In this document: one piece after another, positions 42,578 through 56,572 of the stretch
Position numbering within the stretch: position 1 is the first letter of the stretch
Layout of the letters: each line of letters opens with the position of its first letter
Assembly (NCBI GenBank): GCA_951406725.2
Contig: OX597823.1
Coordinates: forward strand, 30,256,001 to 30,320,000
Source: Octopus vulgaris
Lineage: Eukaryota
Length of the DNA: 64,000 nt
Direction of reading: 5' to 3'
The notes under the pieces: generated by a model
What the model was told of the DNA's origin: nothing
What the model saw: the letters and a program-made list of their open reading frames with translations, nothing else
The model's database searches: none
Position numbers and translations under genes: made by a program

Positions 42578-43495
42578 ATATTTTATTCACACATACGATG
42601 ATATTGACATTGACAGAAATACACTGTAGTCCCTCTTGGACACGTGACAGCACGTCACATATTGAACGTTATATTTTTGCAATCAAGCCTAAAGCAAAAC
42701 TAAAACAAAATACTTATTGAATAAAACGAATAATTAGTCCCCAAGCACTCATGATGCGACTGAAAGTATCGATCATGTCATATTTCTGTGAAAGATATTT
42801 CGTATTTGATCAGCGGCTAACCTAAAATGTTATTATAGTATTATGTCCCAATGAAATGTGTCTTTGTTTGTTGTTATGAGTAACACAGAATTCTAACCTT
42901 AGAAAAGATTGCATCATGGGGTGAATATAGAAAATACTAATTTTGTTTCCGGTCAATTTATGTGATTCCACACAAGAAATATTGGAGGAAAATACCAAGC
43001 ACAACTTTCACTAAATACAAACATAACAGGTCTGCTGCTAAAATTGTTTGGAGTAGAAAGGGAAAATTACGTAGTTATAGAGGTCAAATGGTCTGCAAGA
43101 TGTAAACATCAGCTTCAATACCGATGGGAATAATTCCACTTGATAATTCCACTTGACTAGTTCCAGAGTACATCTCACGGATACTTTGGGATACATAGTC
43201 AGTGATATTTCTGGGGCCTCAGAGAGTGCCGGGTCTTTCAGCTTCAAAGTTCCTCGCTCAGTTGACCCAACTGGAGTTGATCAGGTCCTTCCTTGTATCC
43301 GGGTAGCAGCAAACCACCACCACCACCACCACCACTACTAGTCTGACCTCTTTATACAAAAACCTTTTCTACAGTTATAATAATGGAAATTATGGCCCTC
43401 CTCTTTGTTACATGCCTAGCTCCAAGCCCAATCAAAGGTTTACAGAATGAATGAACGCCCAATAAAACCCCCTACAACCCACTACAATTGCCACG

Positions 43496-44187
43496 CAGCG
43501 CTAGATCAACCCTTAAGCAAAATAAGCGCGTGCTTAGGGCATCAAGGGACGGAGGCACCACAGAAATGAAAATGGTTTACGGCACGAAAGAAATCACTTT
43601 AAACTTTGCTAAAATAATATTCGTAATGCCTTATCTCTACTAAGTAAGGAAGCAGAGGTTTTATGTAAAATTAATTTTAATGATATCATCAAATACTTTA
43701 TAATTAAAAAAAAAAAAGAAACGAAAGAAAAAACTTTTCAAATATAAATAAATTGGAAGTATAAAAAATAAACATCATTTTCCATCTTATATACACATAC
43801 ATACATATATATATATACATATATACGACGGTTCGAACCCAGAACCATGTGGTTGGTTAGCAAATTATTTTCGTTTATATTTTGAACCATTTATATATTT
43901 TCTTGAGTGCACCAAAACCTTAGCTTAGCTTCATTTTGAAAAATAAAAATTTATTTTATGGTTTATTATTCTTTTACTCTTTTACTCTTTTACTTGTTTC
44001 AGTCATTTGACTGCGGCCATGCTGGAGCACCGCCTTTAGTCGAGCAAATAGACCCCGGGACTTATTCTTTGTAAGCCCAGTACTTATTCTATCGGTCTCT
44101 TTTACCGAACCGCTAAGTGACGGGGACGTAAACACACACCAGCATCGGTTGTCAAGCAATGCTAGGGGGACAAACACAGGCACACAA

Positions 44188-44222
<35 letters not shown>

Positions 44223-44460
44223 CATATATACGACAGGCTTCTTTCAGTTTCCGTCTACCAAATCCACTCACAAGGCATTGGTCGGCCCGGGGCTATAGCA
44301 GAAGACACTTGTCCAAGATGCCACGCAGTGGGATTGAACCCAGAACCATGTGGTTGGTTAGCAAATTATTTTCGTTTATATTTTGAACCATTTATATATA
44401 CTTGAGTGCACCAAAACCTTTTAAGTGTTTAGGGCCTCTATGGGTCTTAATCCGGCCCTG
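43496..44460. mobile_element. MITE-like element containing a SINE B (43970-44362, -) and an ~85-bp direct duplication
   Basis: Ends cagcgctagatcaac and ttaatccggccctg are weakly inverted. 43835-43920 is repeated at 44336-44420. Confidence 0.5.
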
Positions 44461-44958
44461 CCTACTGGTCCTCGTTTCTGTACTGCTCTAACCGCTCCTG
44501 GTGTTTAGTAAGCTTCCACTCCTGAGCTCCCCTTCTATGTCCCTCACAGGGCACAGTCATTTTCCTTATGATCACCAGTCTGGTGGAATTTGAGGTTATC
44601 ATGTTTGCGCTGAGTGTTGTTGGTAGGATTTGATCTGCGAACCTTAACTGTTCCGCAACATTAGTAGCAACTGTCACAGTAAAAATCTGCAAGAGCTACG
44701 GTTTCCTGGCAATAAAAAAATGTAACCAGATTACAAGCGTTTGGGGAATGCAGTCTGTTAGGGGAACAGTAAAAATAGGCAAGATTTTTCTTAAGTTTAA
44801 CATTTAACAATCATTGTGGTTATAAACCAAATTCCAACTAATTCATTTTTATGGCAAGAATACATATAATTGAAGATACACACACACGCAAATATATGAA
44901 GAACATATGTATAATATTATAGTAAACAAAGACATGCACATTTACACACACGCACACG

Positions 44959-45013
<55 letters not shown>

Positions 45014-45392
45014 CATGAATGCACAGATGTATATGTATACATATATCTAAACGCAGGCATGTATTTCTAACATGAACTTAAAATGAGTGACAACAGCAGT
45101 AAAATTAGGGAAGTATTTTGTGTTTATGATATGCACAGTTGGAATATTCTCAAAGAGGCCAAGGAATGAAGTTATGTTTGTCTGTTAACCCAAATACGGT
45201 AGAGAGAGAGGACGGGAATATGAAAGAGAAGGATGAAGAGAGAGGGGGAGGGAAGGGATAGAAACAGTAGAGTAAGAAAGGGATGAGAGAGAGAGAGAGA
45301 AAGAGAGGAACAGAGAGGGTGAGAGAGGTCAACATTTATAACCACTGAACAATTTCACATAACCGTTGTCACCTTTAATGAATAAATTATAC

Positions 45393-45430
<38 letters not shown>

Positions 45431-45696
45431 CCCACCCACACCCATACACACACACACTATATATATGTGCGTGTGTGTATACATAGATATTCAAACACAT
45501 ACACATCTATTGAGAGGAATGTTGAAATAACTAGCTTTAGTTTCAATGTTTTCTTTGTTTACATGTTGCTGTTATTGTACTTCCAGCTCCCTGAATTTAA
45601 ACGGTAATGGAACAACACTCTTTATGATACGTTCTCCACTTACTTTCATCATCATCATCATTATTATTATTTTTCTTTTAACATTTATTATTTCGG

Positions 45697-46374
45697 TGGC
45701 GTGCTGGCAAGATCGTTAGCACACCAGGCAAAATACTTTAAAATATTTCATCCGTCATTACGCCCTGAGTTCCAATTCCTCCGATGTCAGCTGTGCTTTT
45801 CATTATTTCGAGGGTGATAAAGCAAGTGTCAGCTGAACACTGGTGTCGGTGTAATCAACTTGCTCCTTCCTCTCCTCTGAAATTGCTAGCTTTGTGCCAA
45901 AATTTGAAATTATTATTGATGATTTGACCCAGGTTACGTTGTTATTCCTGATAAAATTTGTGGGTAGCAGGTTACTGCTTGTAGCCTTAGGTATCCACAA
46001 AGCTTTCAAAAGTCTTTCAAGTGCATAAAACTATCCTGATAAACTTTCTTGTCCCTAAGAGGAAATTTTTCTGTAGAAGCTCAACAGGACATTCTATTCC
46101 AATTTCCATCAACCGTTTTTCTATATATCATGATCGTAGGATTGTGGTTTCGATTCCTGGACCGGGCGACGCGTTGTGTTCTTGATCAAAACACTTCATT
46201 TCACGTTGCTCCAGTCCGCTAAGCTGGCAAAAATGAGTAACGCTGTGATGGACTGGCGTCCCGTCCACCTGGGCAACACATATGCCATAGAAACCGGGAA
46301 ACCGGGCCCATGTGCCTGGCTAGGCTTTAAAAGGGCGCATTTATTTATATTTATTTATTTATTTATTTATTATC

Positions 46375-46434
<60 letters not shown>

Positions 46435-46683
46435 TCTTTTTATTACAGGTTTTGTTGGAGCTCCTGGAGTCTTATATGCATAAAGGGCTTGCTACCTGAA
46501 GCATACGGTACAACGCTATCCATTCTTTTCAACTAATACTTTCCTGATTATTCTGGCCGTGCCAGGAGGCAAATCTTCGGCCGCGGTTGAATTTACCTTT
46601 CAACCTTTCAGAGTCGATAAAATAAGTACCAGTGGAGCACCGGAGTCGATGTAATCGACTTACCCGCTCCCCCGAAATTTCAG

Positions 46684-46775
<92 letters not shown>

Positions 46776-46776
46776 T

Positions 46777-46817
<41 letters not shown>

Positions 46818-47459
46818 TATTATTATTGATTTTTATAATAATTATTATTATTAAGGCTGCGAGCTGGCAGAATTGTTAACACGCTGAACGGAATGCTTAG
46901 CGGTGTTTCACCCGTTGCTACGTTCTGAGTTCAAATTCCGCCGAGGTCAACTTTGCCTTTCATCCTTTCGGGGTTGATAAATTAAGTACAAGTTGCGTAC
47001 TGGGGTTGATCAAATCGACTGGCTCCCTCCCACCAAAAATTTCAGGTCTTGTGCCCATAGTAGAAAGGATTATTATTATTATTATTTTCTTTTTTTTTTC
47101 TTCTTTCTTCAAATTTTCTTCCGTTTCTCGCCGAGTGTTTTCCGTACACCTAGGGCAGAGAAGCTCATTGTATGCATTCCCAGATTACACATGCAAATTC
47201 ATAGGTCAAATATATATTTAAAAAATTAATAAATAAATAAATTCATGAATGGATGTTGCTTTCACAGCGATAATGCTCTTCTCAGTACATGAGCCGTTCC
47301 AGTTAATACGATTTTTTGCACTTCCTGTAGGGATGGTAAGCCTGGAATCATTTTCAAATAGGTTCCAGTACCTTTTTTTATCATTCCTAGAGATTCTACA
47401 ATCACTGGTATTGAAGTCACCTTGAGATGCCACATTTTTTCATTTTCTATTAGCAAGTC

Positions 47460-47525
<66 letters not shown>

Positions 47526-48306
47526 GCTGTTGTTGTTGTTGTTCTTCTTCTTCTTCTTCTTCTTGTTATTGTTGTTATTGTTGTTCCTGCTGTTGTTGTT
47601 GTTGAGACGGCGAGCTGGTGGAATCGTTAACGCGCTGGACAAAATGCTTAGCGGTATTTCGCTCGTCGCTATGCTCTGAGTTCAAATTCCGCCGAGGTCA
47701 ACTTTGCCTTTCATCCTTTCGGGGTTGATAAAATAAGTACCAGTTATGCACTGCGGACGATGTAATCGATTCATCCCCTCTCCCCAAATTGCTACCCTTG
47801 TGGCAAAATTTGAAGCAGTTATTATTATTATGATTGAATGAGAGAGAGAGAGAGAGAGCAGTGCATGCCATCAGAGTGACACTGAGGTAAAATATACAAA
47901 GCCCAGTATACCCATCATGACTACCCGTCTGATAAGGGTACACCAGGCACATGCATCACAACCATATGTACGCGACATTTTGATCTCATATCAAGATAAA
48001 CAGCGCATGAACTTGCAGGTGGGGCCCAGTTAGAATTTTCTTCTGGTCGAGTAACCCATCACGCTCAAAAGCTCCTTGAATAAGGGTTGTTTAAGGATGT
48101 TGAGCGAAACACCCATGTTTCCAGAGGTAAATTATTCAAACCCCAAAGAATTCCTCTCAAATCATGGCTATGATTCTCCCCCACTACTTCTGCTCCTGAT
48201 CAGAGATGCACATATCGTCAGCCACAAAGAGGACATGCTCAACTGGTTAAGGTCAAACAACTGACAAGCAAATCTGTGCTGTTGAGCAGAATATTTGCTG
48301 TAGCCC

Positions 48307-48348
<42 letters not shown>

Positions 48349-48585
48349 CATCATCATCCATCACCATCATCATCATTATTAAGGCGGTGAGCTGGCAGAA
48401 ATGTTAGCACGCCGAGCGAAATGTTTAGCGGCATTTCGTCCGTCTTTATGTTCTGAGTTCAAATTCCGCTGAGGTCGACTTTGCCTTTGATACTTTCGAG
48501 GTCGATAAATTTAGTACCTGTTGCGTACTGAGGTCGACTCACCCCCTCCGCACAAATTTCAGGCCTTGTGCCTATAGTAGAAAAG
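45697..48585 (+). mobile_element. Five SINE A copies (45697-45910, 46575-46682, 46853-47070, 47607-47815, 48381-48585) between (ATT)n/(ATC)n tracts, plus other SINE-like pieces
   Basis: Conserved heads and cores. Most copies abut (ATT)n. Confidence 0.8.
47100..47460 (-). mobile_element. Second, diverged R4/Dong-type 3' end in (TAA)n
   Basis: KDLLIENEKMWHLKVTSIPVIVESLGMIKKG..VQKIVLTGTAHVLRRAL, homologous to the ORF at 27368-27607. Confidence 0.8.
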
Positions 48586-48586
48586 G

Positions 48587-48688
<102 letters not shown>

Positions 48689-49308
48689 TATTGTTGTTGT
48701 TCTTGTTGTTGTTGTAGTGTTGTTGTGTATTTTTATTTCTTTAACCTCGTCTTACAATGTCTCGTATTCTTCGTTCTTTGTTTATTTAGACATTAGCGAT
48801 TTGATCGTCACCCGATGATGGTGTTTTTTTTTTAAGATATCTATACGAACAACAACGACAACAAAAACATCAACAGCGGCAGCAATAACAGCAACAACAA
48901 CAACAACAACAACAAGGCAGTTGTTAGTTCCAGAGGCCACATCATGTAACATTGCTGACGATGTCATGAGATAGCTGTGTGTGAAAGACTGGAATGTTGG
49001 TTAAGAACGAACGGAGATGGTCGAGAGATAGGAGCAGATGAGGATGAGGGGTGTCGTATAAATGGATAGGCGGAGTGGAAGGAGTGAGGGTGGGTTTGAT
49101 GAAAACAAAGAGCTAATTTGTATTTTGGTGACATAAACTCTTGTCCTGCACCCCACTCACATACGGGCTTAGTGAGCTGCGGGTGTGGTGGTAGTGGCGT
49201 GCGAGCAGAGATAAGAGGGTGACGGGGGGTTTTCATCATACCCCCTACACCGGATTTTGGCATACACCCCCTCAAAGACTTTGACATACACACATACATG
49301 TACACACA

Positions 49309-49362
<54 letters not shown>

Positions 49363-49523
49363 GTTTACGTGTGAATGTATAAATGTGTGTGTATATATAT
49401 ATATATATACATGTGTATATGCATATATATATATGTATATATATTATATATATATATATATATACATACACATACATACATATATGTATATACATATATA
49501 TATATATATGTGTTTGTGTATAC

Positions 49524-49557
<34 letters not shown>

Positions 49558-49585
49558 ATGTATATAAATATATACATATATATAC

Positions 49586-49659
<74 letters not shown>

Positions 49660-49743
49660 TTGTATGTGTACATGTATACATATATAGATGCATACATATG
49701 TGTGTATTTGTATTACATTCATGCACATATAAGCACACATATA

Positions 49744-49795
<52 letters not shown>

Positions 49796-50046
49796 GTATT
49801 TGCGTGTGTGTGTGTGTGTGTAAATTAGCTGGCTATGATTATGTGTGCCAGTGTTTGTCGGTTTTGACCTAACACCAAGAAGGTGATAATATTCAAATAA
49901 ACAAACCAACCAAAAAGATAAGAAAACCCACACCATCACAATGACACACGCCAACACAAACATGTGCGTATGCACACACACACAAGCACGCACACTATAC
50001 ACACCACATCACACACACACACACTTACACATACACACATACACCA

Positions 50047-50092
<46 letters not shown>

Positions 50093-50101
50093 CACACACT
50101 G

Positions 50102-50235
50102 AGGGTGTTCAAAAAGTCTCTCCGCAGTAAGAATTTTATGACAAAATAAATATATATAGGATGATACGAAAGAACGTATTAGACTTTACAAGACTTTAAA
50201 AAACTTGATAAGAGGAGAGACTTTTTGAACACCTT
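50102..50235. mobile_element. ~135-bp MITE with mariner-like TIRs
   Basis: ggtgttcaaaaagtctctcc and ggagagactttttgaacacc form a perfect 20-bp inverted repeat. Confidence 0.7.
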
Positions 50236-50552
50236 GTGTCTGTGTGCGCGCGCGCGCGCGCGTGTGTGTGTGTGTATACGTGTATGGATATATCTGTGTG
50301 TCTGTGTATGTATTTGTGTTTTGGGGTTGACACAAGGCCGCCTGTTAAAACAACACGAGTGAGCGGTGTAAGTGATAACTGAGCCAAAGAGTATAAAATA
50401 TAGGATGATAACATTCTGTAGGAGACTTAACGTTGCATGGTGGGAACATTTGCTGACTGTTGTTTTTTTCTAATAGGGGCCTTCTGGAGGGCGTGTCTGA
50501 GAATACTGCCCCTGCGAATCTCGCAGAAATAAGCGGACGACGAAGCTGGCTT

Positions 50553-51006
50553 GATGGATGGATGGATGGATGTATGTATGTATGGATGGATGGATGGATG
50601 GATGGATGGATGGGTGGATGGGTGGATGGGTGGATGGATGGATGGGTGGGTGGATGGGTGGATGGATGGATGATAGGTAGATGCGTGGATGGATGGATGG
50701 ATGGATGGATGGATGGTTGTATGGATGGATTGATGGATGGGTGGATGGGTGGATGGATTGGTGGATGGGTGGATGGATGGATGGATGGATGGATGGATAG
50801 ATGGGTGATAGGTAGATGCGTGGATGGGTGGATGGATGGATAGATGAAAGGGTATGTGTGTGGGTGGATGGATGGATGGATGGGTGGATGGATGAATGAT
50901 GGATAGAAGGATGGATGGATAGGTGGATTGATGGATTGGTGGATCGGTGATAGGTGGATGGATGATGGATGGATGGGTGGATGGATGGGTGGGTGGATGG
51001 GTGGAT
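50553..51006. repeat. Degenerate (GGAT)n satellite
   Basis: Direct inspection. Confidence 0.92.
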
Positions 51007-51448
51007 CAATATGCTCGACTAAAAAGACGCCGAAATTGGAGTCCCCGGAAGGTCGTAGCAAAATGATACATATGTACCAAATTATGAATATATACATGTT
51101 GCATGTTTACATACGTTCATACAATTCTTACTTATGTGTGTATTAGTGTGAAGTCGCATGATTCACTTGTTAGAGCGTCGGGATTACAATCATGACGTGA
51201 GTTCGATTCCTGGACCGAATTGTTCATTGCGTTCTTCAGCAAGACACACATTATTTCACGTTGCTCCAGTTCACTCAGCTCTAGAAATGAGTTGTGACGT
51301 CACCGTATCGGCCCCTTTGCCTTTCCCTTTGAATAACCCCAGCACTTTAAAAAAAAACTCTGGTACTTTATCGGGCTCTTTGCCGCATCGTTATGTCTCG
51401 GGAACGTAAGTAAACAAACATCGGTTGTCAAGCGGTGGGTGTCTTTCA

Positions 51449-51565
<117 letters not shown>

Positions 51566-51584
51566 GTATATATATATATGTATA

Positions 51585-51965
51585 TCTCTCTCTATATAAA
51601 CGGCAGTTTGTCTGTGCGTTTTCTGTGTGTCTGTTTTCTCGTACCCTCACCCTGACCACGGCTTTCAACCGATTCTGATGAAACTTGACACACACATAGC
51701 CCAATGTCATAATTCAAAACTAACGCAGCGAAAATTTTGAAAAGTTCCCCCAGTTCTGAAAAAAATCGATAAATTCGACATGGGGTCGAGAATCAGAAAC
51801 CCAAACCACAGACCGTCTAGGGGACGCAACTCCACCTTTTTTAACTCTCAAAAAAATTTACCATAATTTTTTTCCATTTTTTTGCTATTTTTTGGCTATA
51901 ACTCTCTAAAAATGCTTTATAGTTATTTCCCTTACAAACCTGAGCAACGCCGGGCGATACTGCTA

Positions 51966-51966
<1 letters not shown>
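51585..51966 (+). mobile_element. Non-autonomous Helitron
   Basis: 5' TC, 3' CTAG, subterminal hairpin cctgagcaacgccggg (51939-51954). Inserted between A and T in (TA)n. Confidence 0.85.
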
Positions 51967-52041
<75 letters not shown>

Positions 52042-52060
52042 GTATATATATATATATATA

Positions 52061-52750
52061 TAAAAAAGGAAATGAAGAAAATGCTGACAAATAATTGAAG
52101 TAATTTAAGTAATTTAATTAGGTGAAAGTTCTTTTTACCGGTTGCGCATTTGTTATGCTTATCAAAATATAAAAGAGAGATTAGAGTCTGTCTCTTATAT
52201 GTGAAAAAAAGAGGCTCCAGAGTTGTTTTGGATTTGCTTGGTTTCGCGCCTAAAATTTTGATTGGTCATTATGAAGGGGTCACGTGAATGTTTGAATGGA
52301 AGTTGGTGTTGGGGTAAGAAAAAAGGCTCCAGAGAAGTTAAAATTTGGCTAGTGTCCCGCCTAAAATTTCTTATTGGCCATAATAAAGAGGTCACGTGAA
52401 TGTTTAGAATTTTCGAAAATAGTGTTGTTGAAAATTCTTATTGTTCAGGCTGGTCAGTAGACGTCATGTGGATATTTTAAATAGCTTTTTAGCGCGTAGT
52501 TAGGGAGTGTATTTTCCGCTTGACTGGATAAGTAAGTTCGTTTAGAACAGGGAGAGCTGTATGTATGTATGTGTGTGCGCGCGCGCGCGTGTGTGTGTTT
52601 ATATGTATGTTGGGGCGCGCGCGCGTGTATATATGTGTGTGTGTGTGGGTACAATTTTCACGGTAAAAACCGGTAAAAAGAACTTTCACCTAATTAAATT
52701 ACTTAAATTACTTCAATTATTTGTCAGCATTTTCTTCATTTCCTTTTTTA
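52061..52750. mobile_element. Element with perfect 83-bp terminal inverted repeats in (TA)n
   Basis: 52061-52143 is the exact reverse complement of 52668-52750. Internal ~110-bp imperfect tandem pair at 52204-52405. Confidence 0.85.
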
Positions 52751-52784
52751 TATATCACCACTCGTGTTCGACATCTCCTTTTTT

Positions 52785-52853
<69 letters not shown>

Positions 52854-52870
52854 GTATATATATATGTATA

Positions 52871-52929
<59 letters not shown>

Positions 52930-52933
<4 letters not shown>

Positions 52934-53583
52934 CGGGCTTCCTCACAAAATTCACTCCCAAGACATTGGTCCGATAGGGGCTATAGTAGAAAACACTTGC
53001 TCAAAGTGCCGCGCAGTGGAGCTGAACCCGAAACTCATGTGGTGACAGATTGAGTTTCTTAATCACTCAACCATAAAGTGAAATATGAAAAAGAAATCAT
53101 TTAAAAAAAAAAGCACGGCAGAGAAAGGGAAAGTGAGAAAAAAAGGGTGAAAGAGAAAAGGATGAGAGGTAGGAAATGACAAGGATTAGAAATGAATGGG
53201 AAGAGAAAAACAAAAGAGATAGTGAAAATTGAAATACAGTGCAGAAAAGAACAGGATTTTCATTATATTATATAATGTATGGAACATGAATGACACATAT
53301 TTTCAAATATAGTAAATGCTAAAGTGGAAAAAAAAACAACAAAAATAATGAATAAATAATGTTGTAAACTGATAGAGTTAAATGGAAGGTTTGGTGCAGA
53401 CGATAAAATGATGTAAACGATAAATGTAAAATGAGAGAAGCAGACGTCAAGCAGATTGAGGCAGATAAGGATGAATTTTAAAACTGTACGTTGACTCATA
53501 AATATTGAGGCTTAAATCCAAACACTTATACGTACATGCATACATACATACATACGTGTATGTACACACACAGGCACACACAC

Positions 53584-53617
<34 letters not shown>

Positions 53618-53989
53618 GCAGGAGTATTTGTGTGGTAAGAAGCTTGCTTCCCAACCACATGGTTCCAGGTTCAGTCTCACTGCGTGGCACCTTGGGCAAA
53701 TGTCTTCTACCACAGCTTCGGGTCGACCAAAGCCTTGTGAGTGGATTTGGTAGACGGAAACTGAAAGAAGCATGTCGTATTTATACATATATATGTATGT
53801 ATTTGTGTATCTGTGTTTGGCCCTCCATCATCTTGACAACCCACTGAGGTGTATTTATGTCCCTGTAACTTAGCGGTTCGGCAAAAGAGGGCGATAGGAA
53901 AAGTACTAGGCTTACAAAGATTTTTTCGACTAAAGGCGGTGCTCCAGCATGGCTGCAGTCAAATGACTGAAACAAGTAAAAGAATAAAA

Positions 53990-53990
<1 letters not shown>
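52930..53990. mobile_element. Divergent pair of SINE B copies (52930-53075 -, 53617-53990 +)
   Basis: Family B head and core motifs. Confidence 0.8.
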
Positions 53991-54030
<40 letters not shown>

Positions 54031-54085
54031 AACACAAATATATTATATATGTATATTATATATGTATACATTACATATATTTATA

Positions 54086-54136
<51 letters not shown>

Positions 54137-54189
54137 GCACACACATATAAATATATGCACGCACGCACACACGAAACTTTATAAACATT

Positions 54190-54893
54190 GGCTTCGATCT
54201 TTGGTCAAATACCAATAATTTCAGCGTTGGTGGGGATGTCTAAGTCGATTACATCGACCTTAGTGCTCAACTGGTACTTATCTAATCGACCCCGAATGAA
54301 TAAAGGCAAAGTCAACCTCGACAAAATATGAACTAAGGACGTAAAAACAGGTGAAATACCGCTCAGCCTTTTGCCCGGTGCGCTATCAATTCAGCCAGCT
54401 CGCCTTGATCTTTATAAAATATTTATTTCTTTTTTGCTCACAGGGCGCTTAACACAGAGGGGACAAACAAGAATAGACAAAGAGATTAAGTCGACTAAAT
54501 CAACCCCACTGTGTAACTGGTACTTGTTTAATCGACCCCGAAATGATGAAAGCCTAAGTCAACCTCGGCGGAATTTGAACTCAGAACGTAACGGCAGACG
54601 AAGTACCGCTAAGCATTTCGCCCGGCGTGCTAACAGTTCTGCCAGCTCGCCGCCCTTTTCAACTTTCTACTCTAGGCACAAGGCCTGACATTTCGTGGAG
54701 GAGGGGGGCAGTCGATTAGATCGACCTCAGTACACAACTGGTACTCAATTTATTGGCTCCGAAAGGATGAAAGGCAAAGTCGACCTTGGTGGGATTTGAA
54801 CTCAGAACGTAGCGAGAGGCGAAATACCGCTAAGCATTTTGCCCGGTGCGCTATCGATTCAGCCAGCTCGCCGCCTTGATCTTTATAAAATAT
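54190..54893 (-). mobile_element. Three tandem SINE A units; first and third share the same flank
   Basis: ttttgcccggtgcgctatc..cagccagctcgcc..ttgatctttataaaatatt occurs at ~54368-54423 and ~54837-54894. Confidence 0.85.
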
Positions 54894-56506
54894 TGCAATA
54901 CGCCAATACCTTATACACCGTAACATTATATCATATAATGTTATATATTTTTGTTATCATATAATATATTATATTAAATTATATTATATTATATTATATT
55001 ATATTATATTGTATTGTATTATATTTTGTTGCGCTATGTTATATTATAGAAGAGGCATTAGTCTCTGTGTTATGTTACGTCATTCGATATCGCCTTTCCT
55101 ATGTCTGTAGAATGTTTTCTTCCAATGTTTATAGAAATAATACATATACATAACCGATATCTCTGAGGTTTATTGTTTTGTTTTCGTTAGATCGTATTCG
55201 TGGGTGTCTCTGTAATTCGAGGTGTCAGATGTAGTGAATCTTATGTTCTTGCGATGGTCATTCAGTCCTAGAGCAGACTTAATCAAGCAACCGTATACAT
55301 GATCAAAAGCATTCCAGTTTTCGCCATATTTTCTATTGTTTTTCAGACATAATACACCAACAACTACGTTAGCAGCTCTGCCCTTCCTTTTTAGGGCAAT
55401 GGGCGATGTTCCCTCTAACTTGTTGCTGTGGGTGTTGTCAGAAATTTGCCTGTTTGCAAATTTTGTCTTTCTATGCAAAGTATGCGCGCATCCATGCGAG
55501 GAACAATCGCTCATATTTCTTCAGTTGAAAAATCCAGTTTCATCTTGAAAATCTTGTGCGCACATTTTCTTCTTATAAAACATGTGTGCGCGCACTCAAG
55601 CGCACTTCTAAGGGAAGACTGAGCTAATGGTTCTCAATTTTTTTCTTTTCTTTTTTTTTTTCTCTTTTTTTCATTTCAGAGCAAATCAAAAAAATATCTT
55701 GATTCACTCTTTGCATAAAGCCGAAGAATGTATTCAAAAGGTATTGATATTTTTTAACCTGTATTTAGAAATATTTTAAACTACGAAAAATTATAATAAA
55801 CTTCAAAAAAACTTTTATAAATTAAATGAAATGGGGACTGAGTAAACATGACTTTATATCAATAATTTGAATTTCAGTTTATATTTTTCATATTTCTTCA
55901 ATAATTTATTAATTTTCGCAACCCAGTCATCTGAATCTCGCCGCACCTCAATGGAATACACTACTTGGGTCTTGTTACCTTACGCTGTGGCTTGAGAGAT
56001 AGTTGTCTGCTCTCTTCCTAAAAGGTTGACTGACCACTTCTTAGAGAGTGGTTCTTACCCTGGTCAGAAGCACCCTTTGTGGCCCTGTGAGCTCATAAGT
56101 GTAGGGGCGGAAAATATCAAGTGTGTACTGTGGGAAGCGTTATGTATTTTGAGGAGTCGCAATTTTCCTTTGAAATAAAACATTGAAACCAAGTACAATG
56201 CTTATAGTTTAAACACATTTTCAAACACGTCTTGTCAGTATTGAATATAAGTTAGAGTTTTGTGTTATCAGTGGGCTGCAACATGACCAAAAGATATCCC
56301 AAAGTTTAATTCAATTTCACTTTAAACCTTCACATTAAGTAATTTCTATAAAATGTTAACATAGGGGGAACTAACCGACGTAAATATCTAACAGAAACAT
56401 GGATAACAAACCACTGTGAGGAATTAGTCTTATTTTCATGAAAAGTATTTCTGTTATTTGTTTTTCCATGAAAGAAAAGCATGTCATCAGTTCACTTGCA
56501 GAGAAA

Positions 56507-56572
56507 GTTCACCGTAAGGAATGTTCATCGTAAGGAATGTTCACCGTAAGGAATGTTCACCGTAAGGAATGT
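56507..56572. repeat. 16-bp minisatellite, 4 copies (gttcaccgtaaggaat)
   Basis: Direct inspection. Confidence 0.9.

Noticed and set aside
43030-43315. Possible host exon in moderately GC-rich unique sequence
   Set aside because: The frames I read contain stops or give no recognisable protein, and there is no convincing splice pair.
48960-49285. GC-richer unique island, possible promoter or exon
   Set aside because: No recognisable product, motif cluster or splice structure from sequence alone.
56436-56495. Minus-strand CTGATGA-catg..catg-GAAA hammerhead-like match
   Set aside because: Stem III cannot form beyond one pair and is not palindromic, so it is probably chance.
56507-56572. CRISPR-like short repeats (also 30845-31180)
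   Set aside because: No unique spacers of regular length, no cas genes, and a eukaryotic context.
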